Assembly: GCA_964188305.1 (NCBI GenBank) | Contig: OZ076897.1 | Direction: 5' to 3' (one strand) | DNA: 64,000 nt | Source: Podarcis bocagei | Taxonomy: Eukaryota | Made by a program: the position numbers and the translations under genes | Shown: positions 53,614 through 64,000 of the stretch, piece after piece | Layout: each line of letters opens with the position of its first letter | How positions within the stretch are numbered: position 1 is the stretch's first letter | The notes under the pieces: generated by a model | Databases searched by the model: none | Told to the model about the DNA's origin: nothing | What the model saw: only the letters and a program-made list of their open reading frames with translations

Positions 53614-55769
53614 TAAGTCATTGTATGAATGGAATAACTTCTGCTTGCGCAATGGATTTTCCCTCCCCTCTCCTTCCCTTGCATCCCCCCCACAACTTCA
53701 GATCTGCTCTGGTTCCCCTCACCCTAACCATCCAGAACCGGTAAAGGGAAATTCTGTTGTGCAAGCAGAACTCATTCTGCTCATGCAAATTCTTAGTTTG
53801 ATTCACTCCTGAACATTTATCTGGAAATGTGGACTGGACTTTGGGCTGTTTGCATGCAGAGCATGTGCTCCACCACTGAGTTACCAAAATATGGCTTGCG
53901 ACTTGAGACAGGTATTAGAGAACACAGATATCTGACAGCATTGTGATCCCCCTTTTTATATTTTGTTAGTCTTCGGTTTTATGTTCCTGTTAATGAAGGA
54001 TGGAGGCAGCTACCCCCTCCCTCAGATGATGTATGAAAAATGCTACTTCTCAGGCAGTGAAATTTGATTGGACTTCCATATCCCTTTCCTCACTGCCTCT
54101 GCAGCATACAGCATGAGAAGAGGTGACGCACCAGCTGAAAACAGTAGTAACAGTAGCATAATTAATCTAATTTGCTCAACTGCATATTTGATTTGCATAA
54201 TATACAATGCTCTGTTTTGGGAGATTCAGAAATGGCAGCCCTAGTTATAAGATTTAATTCACCTCTAATTTGAATAGCATGACATCATGTGATCATTCAT
54301 TACATTGGAGGGGGCAATTTTAATTTGTAAACATGTTTCTAATGTGGCATATTAGATTCAAATCAGCATGGCAGCCCAACTTTCACAAAAGGAAAGGGAA
54401 TGCCACAGCTACAATATACTTTATTAAATACCTTTTCTAAACCTACTACAATATTCATTTATCCCTCACAGAAGGGTTGTAAAGAATTATTGCTTTGACA
54501 ATACTTTTATATTGAATTTTTACAAAGGTGTAATTGGTTACCGTAGCTATACGTTTGGGCTGCCTAAGATTAAAATGTTTGTGCTCTTACCTGGTAGGCT
54601 GAAAAAATGTTTTTGCTTTAGTTTATACCTAAATGAATAAATATTTGTACAATGATGGTGGGATTGGCTTACTTTACTGCACACTTTGAACAAAAACCCC
54701 CAAAAGCTATCCTGATAGTTATTGATGTGTTGTTGAAATGGGATTAGTTTGATTTAATAATCAACTGAATGTATAAGAGACTGGAGGAGAAGTATCTGCA
54801 ATGCTAATCTTGAAAAATATCTAGTCACAATTTCATCATTTTCACAGGCTAAAATAGACCAAGCTGCTCTCTTGATTCTACTGAATGGAAAATCCCAAAT
54901 GCCTATTAAATGCCTAGTATTATCTTCTACTCTCAATCATAGTAACTGAAAAACTCAGTGCCTGCCTCTCATTTAAAAATCGAAAACTGGACTAAGGCAC
55001 CAACTCAGCAGTTCAAATTGGATTCAATAAATAGTTCAAAAAACAATCAGAATAAATCTGGACCAAAAAATAATTCAACGAAGTTTTAGGATAAACGCGG
55101 GCCAAAATTTCCCAACTAGGAAAACACATTGCAGCAAAAATATAACTGCAAGAAAGAGATTTAATTTGGGTTTTAATTTTTCTGATGCCCAATCTGTGAC
55201 CTTTTAGCATGTACTATCATTTGAAAGCACATAGGTACAAAAGAAAAGGACTCTTATAAGAAGTAGTGCTTGGGCATCAGAATGTTTAAGGCAAAAAGTA
55301 TTTAGTTATCAACACCATGCTCTAAGCAACTGAGTTGGGCAGAAGTCTGGAGAAAAGTGGACTGGAGAAGGTGATTTTGAGAAGACAAATGGGAGGAAAG
55401 AGTTAAGCAGCCTTCCACTCAGCTCAGCTTTCCTCTGCTCAAAAACAAACTTCTTATGCTTTTCATTTTCATTAAAATAATGAACATTTGGGAGACTTTA
55501 AGTTTTCACCTGAGTAACAACTAGCTTGGGTCTCAAGCTGAAATTATATGACACAACCAAACTCTTAAGTACATAGGAGGCAGCCTCATACCAGAACCAA
55601 ACTATTTGTCTGTCTAGCCTAGTATTTCAAACTATGGGAAGGCTTGGGGGTGAGGGCTTGGGGGGCATCAAATGTTTGCCTTGCTCCCCCTGCCATGTGA
55701 CAAAACAGTGGCCCATCAGTTCCATGTTGAAGTACTCTTCTGGCCCACTTGGCATGAGAAGTTGGACCA

Positions 55770-56560
55770 CCCTGATCTAGACCTATTTCAATCTGGGTTC
55801 ATGTCTGGTTTGGGGACTGAAATACCTTTGGTTGCTTGGTACAGAATCTACACTAGGAACCAGAGAGGTAGGACATTTCTCTTTTGCTCCTGCTGAACAT
55901 ATTAGTGGCATTCAGTACCATTGGCCATGGCATCCTTCTGAACTATCTGACAGAGATGGGTTTGAAGGTTACTACTTTGCAGTGGTTCCAGTTCTTCCCC
56001 AGGGGTTGGTTCCAGAAGATGGTGATGGGAGTTATTCCGTTTGGTACCTTGGTCACTGGTGTACTATATGGTGTCAGCCAGGGACTGATTCTGTCCCTCA
56101 CCGAGAATGGTAGTCTGAAAGTCTGGGCTGCATTTTCACTGAAATATGAATGATACACAGCCCCTTTTCTCTTTTTCATCTAATATCAATGAAGCAGTTG
56201 CAGTTCTGAACTGGTACCTGAAGGAGGCAGTGGGTTGGATGGGAGCTAAAAAAATACAAAACTGCAGTTTGGATTGACAAGATGTATCTGCTCCTGATCA
56301 GGAAGAAGATTATGGAAGAGGGTTTTAGCCTTTTATGGATGGGGTTTGACTTGCCATGAAAAATTAGGTTCACAGCTTAGGAACACTTATGGAAGTTCAG
56401 GGGGCAGGTGTTCCAGGGGTGCTTTGCTGAGCTTTGGCTGCAGTGTGAGTTGTACTCATTCCTGAGGAATCAGACTTGTTTACATTAATGCGTGCCTTAG
56501 TTGCATCAAGGTTGGATTACTGCAATGGGGATGGGTAGCTGTCCTTCTGAAGAGTCTTTT
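55770..56560 (+). mobile_element. Decayed L2/CR1-group LINE RT fragment (approximate limits)
   Basis: LDLFQSGFMSGLGTE (cf. LDPFQSGFRPG.GTE), AFSTIGHGILL (cf. AFDTIDHGILL), GVSQGLILS (cf. GVPQGSILS). Confidence 0.75.
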
Positions 56561-57639
56561 GATCCATTGTAAGCTAATATTCAACAGGAACTTAGCCTTA
56601 GAAACTAGATTCAGTCCAACACCAGCTCCCAAAATATTTCTGAAGCCACCCTTCCACCAAAACTGCCCTTCCTATTTTTTTAAATGCTTGTTCATTTGAG
56701 ATTACTTTTTGGACTGAGCTTTCAACATCCACAAATGATGGCATGATCTGCAAGGGTGCATACAGATATGCCTAAAAATAGGAGCTCATTGAGGGGACTT
56801 TTTCTGCAGGGACAATTCATGCTGCAATTAAAAACGTATCGGCTTCTGCTTGAGATATTTCTCCCGTTTTTAGATAGTCTGTCAGTTTTGCTTTCTTTCT
56901 TTCTTTCTTTTTAGTTTAAGTACAACTTATGCATTCATTAAATTAAAAGTTCATAAAGCATTTTCATTTTCTTTAAGTTGCAAAACTGTTCAAAGGGTGG
57001 GCAGAGGATCTTGAAACCAAAGATCTCAGCCAATGAGCATAGGAGAGTTGGCCTCTGCTTCCAACTTACAGAACTGCTGCCTCAATGTCAGCCCTAGAAA
57101 GGAACAGTCATATCTGGCAGAAACATGGTAAGTGAAGTACCTCGTGGCATTTATCCTAAGACTGTTGTAAGATGATGGATTTATATATTCCCCCAAAATG
57201 GCTGCTAGATCACACGTTTACTATTCCACACTCCCATTTGAATAGTTCTAACAACGTTTTTTAAAAAACACTCCTGGATCAATGAAACAAGATGGTGGAT
57301 GAAAATGTGTATTTAAATCCATGTTCTGCATCTGGGTGTTACAGAATGACTCCTATGCACTAAGATTTAAAAATTAAAGGAAACCAAGTTCAGCACGCCT
57401 GCCCTATTGGAACTAATCTTATCTAATAACTCTTCTATCATTTCAGTTTCCGTCCTCCTAAAAAAAAGGGCAAAAAATAAATAAATCCATAATCAAACTT
57501 TCCCCCCTCTCGCTCAATTCACACCCGCCACTGTCTGCTGCCACAAAGTGCAATCTTGCCACAGTGTCAGAGTGGGAGGATCCTGACTGACTACTGATAA
57601 AGATATGGCACTAAAGAGGCAATTAAAACAACTACTCAC

Positions 57640-57741
57640 ATCTTGTGCAAATATTCTCTCCCTCACCCTCTGATACTCCTCTTCTCTCTCTTCAATTGAT
57701 TTACTTCGTCTGTCATCTCTAAATGGATGAATTCTGTTTTG
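57640..57741 (-). CDS. ARPP21: ARPP21 internal coding exon (SUZ domain), 102 nt, phase 0-0
   Basis: Minus strand TTTTATGCTCAG|CAA...GAT|GTGAGT. Translates QNRIHPFRDDRRSKSIEEREEEYQRVRERIFAQD, the SUZ motif of ARPP21/R3HDM proteins. Confidence 0.95.
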
Positions 57742-58166
57742 CTGAGCATAAAAAAAAACCAGGAGGATTATATAAGTTGAGCTGCTAAAAACTGCAGTTA
57801 AGTAACTGTCAGCCGAGAATAATAAATGTTCACTTAAACAAATGAGGCACGAGAATGATTGTGTTGTCTCATTGCTAAAGTGGCATGCGACTCACGGTGT
57901 TATGCTATGCACCTTACAGCATCAATCTAGATGCTCCTGGAATGTTTCTGCTTTGCGTTGGCTTGGTGGGTTCTTCTCTTTGATCATATGAAGTTGCCTT
58001 ATACTCAGCCACACTGTTGGTCCATCTAGATCAGTCCTATCTGCTCTATCAGACAACACTCCAAGGTCTTTGGCATGCCTTGATTTACTGCATTGCTTTT
58101 ATTTTTCATAGTTAGCTACACTGGGAACATGTGTGTACTCAAGGTGTACTGGATAATAATTTAAAT

Positions 58167-58288
58167 TAGTGTTCCCCAACCTTGGGTCTCCTGCTGGTTT
58201 TGGACTACAACACTCATCATCCCTAGCTAGCAAGACCAGTGGTCAGGGATGATGGGAACTGTAGTCCGAAAACAGTTGGAAAATACTG
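58167..58288. mobile_element. Palindromic hAT-type MITE
   Basis: GGACTACAA...CATCATCCCT / AGGGATGATGGGAACTGTAGTCC core, flanks atttaaat / gtttaaat. Confidence 0.7.
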
Positions 58289-59850
58289 GTTTAAATGATG
58301 TTTTAGCCCCCTCTTGCTTTCTGAGACCTTGTCAGCTGGAATTGCCAGGTATTGAACCCAGGAACTTCTGTTTGCAAAGTATGCATTCTACCACTGAGCT
58401 CTTCTGTATAAGAAGAGATGAGGTACCATGATTGATTTGGAAATCAATCTGCAATCTAGAGTAGAGGTGTGTTGGCTCCTTCCACTCAGGATGCTCCCAG
58501 CTAGTCGGGGAGGGAAAGCACATTTGTCAAACTTCCCTTGTTAATTTATTGAAGCAGCAGCAGCAGCTATCAAATCAAGTGAAGGAAAAGAACGTGGAAA
58601 GGCGAGTGATATCAAAGGCTGAAAAAGCCTCACAGATGAGGAGAAATGATTCTGAGAATATTGTGCACAAGAGTTCTAATCATTTCTGTAGTAATCCTTA
58701 GGCTGTTACCGTCAACTGGAGAGGAAATGCAGACTTTCATTGCAGTGAAGTCCAGAAAGCAATAAAACATGTTAAGGTGCTTAATGGGGAAGATATTGCC
58801 CTGTACAAAGCTTCATATCTGCTGTTAGCCTGCAGCTGCAATTCTCTCGCCTTCCTCCTTTAACTGCGCTGTATCTTCCCTCCGCTCCTTTACCTTCCTT
58901 GCTTGCAATCTGTGCTCCCTAAACCCTTCTTCTCCATTTCTGAAAACCAGCTGTGTTACCATGTACAGCAACAAACTGCAGAAGAAAAATGGGAAAAGAA
59001 ACAGTATCTTTTGTAGGAGGCGGAGAGATGCTCTCTGGTGTCAAGGGGCTGGATTTACCCAAAAAATAAACGAGAACATACACATTAGCTTACCTTCGCG
59101 AATTTTCCTTTTAAAAACTCCTTCAGAATCAAAAACCCTTTTCAATTCTTCCTTTTTTAAAATGTTCTTTTGAATTAAAACCTTCACTTCCATCACAGGT
59201 TTATTCCCGCCCCCAAAAGTATGTTAAACTACCTAGCATTCATATATTAGCATGTTTCATAAGGCTATCTTTAGTGGTGCAGGAGGACACAACAAGCAGC
59301 ACACAGAAGGGGAGATTTCTGCCACATACATGCAAAAACAAGCAAACAAGTTCCATTTATGATAAAGGGGGTGGTCCTGAATCTTTCAATCATTTGTTTG
59401 TTTGCTATTTCATGACATTTATACACTGATTGATTGGGGGGGGGGAGACCTCAAAGAAGTTTACAAAGAAAACCCCCCCTCCGCAAGTGAAAAATCATGT
59501 ATTGATGGTTGCAAAGTCAATCTGGTCTCGTCGTAACATTTTACCTGTTGATGGCTGTTATTAGTCCGTATTAATCTCTAACCAGCTTGGCATGACTCTA
59601 GAAGTTTGGAAGAAGTCCCACAGAGACACAAAGACATTTGCCAAAGCGCAGCTGACAAAAGTTTCCCCCAATGGGCTTCGGGGGGCCTTTTGAACATTCC
59701 AAATCACTCTTCAGCATGCAGCATGTCCTGTGCCAAGCAAAACTGCCCATGCAAACTGCCACTGCTGAAGCAAACACACTTATGGCCGATGCTATTCCAC
59801 TGTGTGCCAAAAACAGGGGAGCAGGAGAGGAAGGTGAGCAGGAAGGAAAA

Positions 59851-59898
59851 GCAGCAGCAGTAGCAGTAGTAGTAGTAGTAGCAGCAGCAGCAGCAGCA
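59851..59898. repeat. Compound trinucleotide repeat (GCA)/(GTA)
   Basis: Directly visible. Confidence 0.93.
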
Positions 59899-59979
59899 TA
59901 AACAACAACAAAGGAACATCAAAAACACCAGTCAGCCCACTTCCAAAAAGAAAAAAAGGAAATAAAAAAATGAATTTCA

Positions 59980-60151
59980 NNNNNNNNNNNNNNNNNNNNN
60001 NNNNNNNNNNNNNNNNNNNNNNNNNNNNNNNNNNNNNNNNNNNNNNNNNNNNNNNNNNNNNNNNNNNNNNNNNNNNNNNNNNNNNNNNNNNNNNNNNNNN
60101 NNNNNNNNNNNNNNNNNNNNNNNNNNNNNNNNNNNNNNNNNNNNNNNNNNN
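59980..60151. other. Assembly gap (172 N)
   Basis: Run of n. Confidence 1.
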
Positions 60152-61463
60152 TGTTTTGCTTTGAATTTGTCAGCACTTTTTTTTAAAAAAAAAATGGAGG
60201 CATTTAGTGCAACAGTTGAGGCTGCTGATGTTGGTAACAATATGTAGCATCTGTTCAAATGCTGCTGTTATTGCTATAAATATATTTTGCTGTTGTGTGC
60301 ATTGCAAGGTGAATTTGAATGATCAGCCTGTGCAGTCTGCTTGCAGCGACTGAATAATAAGAAAGCAAGCCAGCAAACAATATATTAATTGACTTTTCCA
60401 GTTATCATGACCTCCAGCAATGCTGCAAGTTAATAAAGTCTTATACAGAATGAAAAGGAAAGACAAATTTGATGGGGGTCTTCTACATAACTTCTCATAA
60501 TACATTGAATTGGTGAACTGTGCCAGGGGAAGGGTCCAGTAGTATTTTCTTTAAACAAACAATTATCCAACAGTTGGGAAATTGGGGAGGGGAGATCAAC
60601 GTTGTCACATTGTATTGATTTGCCAATTGATTTAAAATCCATCCAGATGGTTATTAAATGGCCAGACATTACCAGCTGACGACTTCACATTTCTAGGTTC
60701 AGAGACTGAAGTAAATTGTTCTGTGCTCTGCTATGACATTGTTTAAAAAGGATATGGAGAAACGTGTCTCTTTACATTGAGCTAACAATTGACATAATTG
60801 CAGACTTAGGGAACGTTTTAATCTCCAGGACACTGTCTGTCATTAGCACCCCAGATTTTGCATTTTTCTGCCAGAGCAGCAAGTTGGGTTTGAAAAGTAC
60901 AGAATCGCATGTTGTCACATAACGTGTGCGTTGTTAATTCAGGAGCATTTATAAAATGGAAGGAAAAGTGTGAACAGAAGGATTCTTTCTCTGCTCAGTG
61001 CACATGTGTTACTTCCACAAGCATTCACAGGAGACAGACAGGACTGTCAAGGAAGAACTGAGAACCTGAGTATCATCAACAGCACAGTAATGGATCCAAT
61101 CTGTGCACAGATCTCCTCTCAACACGAACAGCATGACAAACATTGTGGGTGAGTGGGAGGATGGAGGAGTCTCGTTAGAAATAGCTTCCTTGCCAAAAAT
61201 TTGAAAATTCAGATTTGCACACCTTTCAAAAACATGTTTTCCTCCCTTCCCCTTTACAAAGATAAAGAAGAACAGGGATTCCAAAGTAAATACATTGTTA
61301 ACGCCAAGCATTGAAGGAGAGCATCCCTTCTTACTGTTACTTTTCTCTCTCGTCCCTCTGCAGTCCCCCCCCCCCTTTAGAGTGTAAGCTTCTTGGGATA
61401 TGGACCTGACAATTTTTATTTTTATTTTGCTGATAAATATGTACATTACCATGTCAACGGTTA

Positions 61464-61514
61464 GGCGCTGTGGTCTAAACCACTGAGCCTCTAGGGCTTG
61501 CTGATTGGAAGGTT
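61464..61514 (+). mobile_element. Sauria SINE 5' fragment
   Basis: GGCGCTGTGGTCTAAACCACTGAGCCTCTAGGGCTTGCTGATTGGAAGGTT matches the head of the 3781 copy. Confidence 0.7.
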
Positions 61515-61883
61515 ACCATGTACACTTGAGGCATATATAAATAATCTTCCTTAACCTCCATATAATAAATGTAAAGGCAATATGTTAATGCATGCATGCC
61601 AACCTGTGACCATTTCGACTGCAATTCATAAGCCCACTTCATCGGGCTGCAGCCAAATCCTAACATAAATGTAATACGCATCTCAGCCCACACGCTGCCG
61701 ATAACAATTGATGACATTAAATTCATTTACATGAAGGGCACTTGATACAACACTCGAAAATTAATAATGTTTCTGACATTCATTTTTACTCATTCGGAGG
61801 GTATTCATCCACATCACATTCTTTGCCCACGCCCACCCGCTTTTAAAATAATGTTAAAGTGCATTGCATTTCAAATCCCAGTA

Positions 61884-62380
61884 CAGTGGTGCCCCGCAAG
61901 ACGAATGCCTTGCAAGACGGAAAACCCGCTAGACGAAAGGGTTTTCCGTTTTGGAGGTGCTTCGCAAAACGAATTTCCTATGGGCTTGCTTCGCAAGACG
62001 AAAATGTCTTGCGAGTTCCTGCGGGGTTTTGTTCCTCCCCCCCCCCACTTTTTCCCAAGCCGCTAAGCCGCTTATCAGCTGATCCTAAGCCACTAAGCCG
62101 CTTAACAGCTGATCCGCTAAGCCGCTTAACAGCTGATCCGCTAAGCCGCTTATCAGCTGATCCACTAATCCGCTTATCAGCTGATCCGCTAAGCCGCTAA
62201 TCCGCTTATCAGCTGATCCGCTAAGCCGCTAAACCGCTTATCAGCTGATCCGCTAAGCCCGCTAAGCCGCTAATAGCGCTAATCCGCTAAGCCGCTAATG
62301 GGCTTGCTTCGCAAGACGAAAAAACCGCAAGACGAAGAGACTCGCGGAACGGATTCTTTTCGTCTTGCAAGGCACCACTG
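61884..62380 (+). mobile_element. MITE family C with expanded internal minisatellite (~62056-62298)
   Basis: Same TIRs and TA flanks as 28783, but 497 bp versus 346 bp. Confidence 0.9.
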
Positions 62381-62866
62381 TAACTCCATCCATTTCATGG
62401 TAGCCGTGAGTATTCTCTTTTAGCAAAGCCTGCTGATGAAAAATTAAGAACATGTTTCCTGGAATACCAAGGTTCTTAGTTATAAAAAGCTCCAGGAGAG
62501 TGCATTAATACACCATCATTTAGGCCTGGCTTAAGGGATTGATAAGTGGGGAAAGTGCTGTTGTACTTCGGTCTTCCTTCAGGGCTTCCCATAAGCATCT
62601 CATTGGCCACTGGATGCTGGAGTAGATGGCCCTTAAATTTGTTTTAGTATGTTTCAATTAGTGAAAATAAATACAAAATGATTTGGCAAAAAAACATAAT
62701 TGGTCCTTTGGTCCGATCCAGCAGGAGTTAGTAGTTGGAATTATAAATAATAATGATGATGATAATTTGTTACTTATACCACATCCATCTGTTTGGGTTG
62801 CTCCAGCCACTCTGGGTAGCTTCCAACAGAATGCAAAAAGCATGGTGAAACATCAAACATTTAAAA

Positions 62867-63002
62867 CAGGCATAGGCAAACTCGGCCCGCCAGATGTTTT
62901 GGGACTACAACTCCCATCATCCCTAGCTAACAGGACCAGTGGTCAGGGATGATGGGAATTGTAGTCCCAAAACATCTGGCGGGCTGAGTTTGCCTATGTC
63001 TG
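62867..63002. mobile_element. Near-perfect palindromic hAT MITE, inserted in an older L2-like 3' fragment
   Basis: CAGGCATAGGCAAACTCGGCCC...GGGCTGAGTTTGCCTATGTCTG, perfect 8-bp TSD atttaaaa. Confidence 0.88.
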
Positions 63003-64000
63003 ATTTAAAACTTATTGATACAGGGCTGCCTTCAGATGTCTGCAGAAACTCGTATAATTGCTTATCTCTTTGACATCTGATGGGAGGCCCTCTGCCTGGT
63101 TCTCCGTAAGTTCACTTCTCGCAATGAGCAAAATGCCAGAAGGACCTTGGAACTGAACATTAGTGGGGTTGGAGATGTTCCTTCAGATGTTGAACTTTAC
63201 CACTTCAAACTGCAGGGGTTTTTTTTGGCGGGGGGTCTTATATCTGAACATTTCTCCCATGTAAATAAGTTCTGTGCATGTACTAAACTAGTTCACAGGG
63301 GAAAGGGCTGCATGAAAACTCCCTCCTCAAGTTCCTGTTTTGCAACGTACAGTGAGGGTTTCTCCCCACTTTTACGTGTGGTATATAACACCATATCTGC
63401 AGACCGAGTGGCACAATTCTGAATTTGATTACCTCAGTCAACCATCTCACTCTGAATAATGTGTAGTCTGACTCTAAAATTCTCACTCAATTCCTGTTGG
63501 CTAACAAAGCAGTAATGATTCTCTCTGTTGCACAGGAGATTGTTTTTATTTTTAGCTACTTGACCTTCAACTATCTATCTATTACAGCATGTAAACAAAA
63601 ACATCATTTCCACTCTAAGAGATAGGTAAGTCTAAGCATAAAAGGAAAAAAAAACTTTTTGCAGTAGCGCAGTGACTGGGAAAGAAGATGCTAGAATACA
63701 GCAGTAGAACTAAAAGCTTGGCCTTCCATTTAAGTATATAGCTGAATTAAAATTCTGAAGTTGATGAAACACTGATGGAATACATTAGCATGTGAAATAT
63801 ATCTCTATCTTATCTTAAAGCACATGTGCACAATTTTTAGCATACTGATTCAACTATACATTTTCTAGAACTACATTTTATACATGTAGCAACACACCTG
63901 CTTATGAGAGAGTTACTTCCCACGGTGCACACATATGTTAAGAAATTCAAACTACATGCAAATAATCTTCTCTGCGTATACAAACTATTTCATGTAGATA

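Overview
Vertebrate genomic DNA, inferred to be a squamate (probably lacertid lizard) from its Sauria SINEs and other squamate-type repeats. The whole window lies inside one minus-strand gene, ARPP21 (R3H/SUZ RNA-binding protein, long isoform). Nine internal coding exons with canonical AG/GT ends and consistent phases can be read: 57640-57741, 47877-47914, 45207-45260, 41442-41671, 30512-30742, 29198-29361, 26604-26708, 23321-23578 and 8237-8363. The 5' (R3H) and 3' exons are not seen and presumably lie outside the window. The intronic microRNA miR-128-2 is at about 7229-7310 on the same strand. The introns are full of mobile-element relics: a 3.3 kb 5'-truncated L1-clade LINE, Sauria and tRNA-derived SINEs, CR1 and L2 fragments, several Tc1/mariner-pogo and hAT MITE families, and two Penelope-like termini. 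Most ORFs in the track are spurious or TE-derived. The main points for follow-up are (1) a minimal hammerhead ribozyme motif with an intact core, in the ARPP21 sense orientation, inside a Penelope-derived inverted repeat (a second copy has a mutated core); (2) a Sauria SINE with a ~79 bp target-site duplication; (3) MITEs carrying a tandem double-hairpin array and an expanded E-box minisatellite; (4) inverted MITE pairs bracketing an in-frame five-exon block; (5) candidate unannotated exons. No new multi-gene system can be supported from this sequence.
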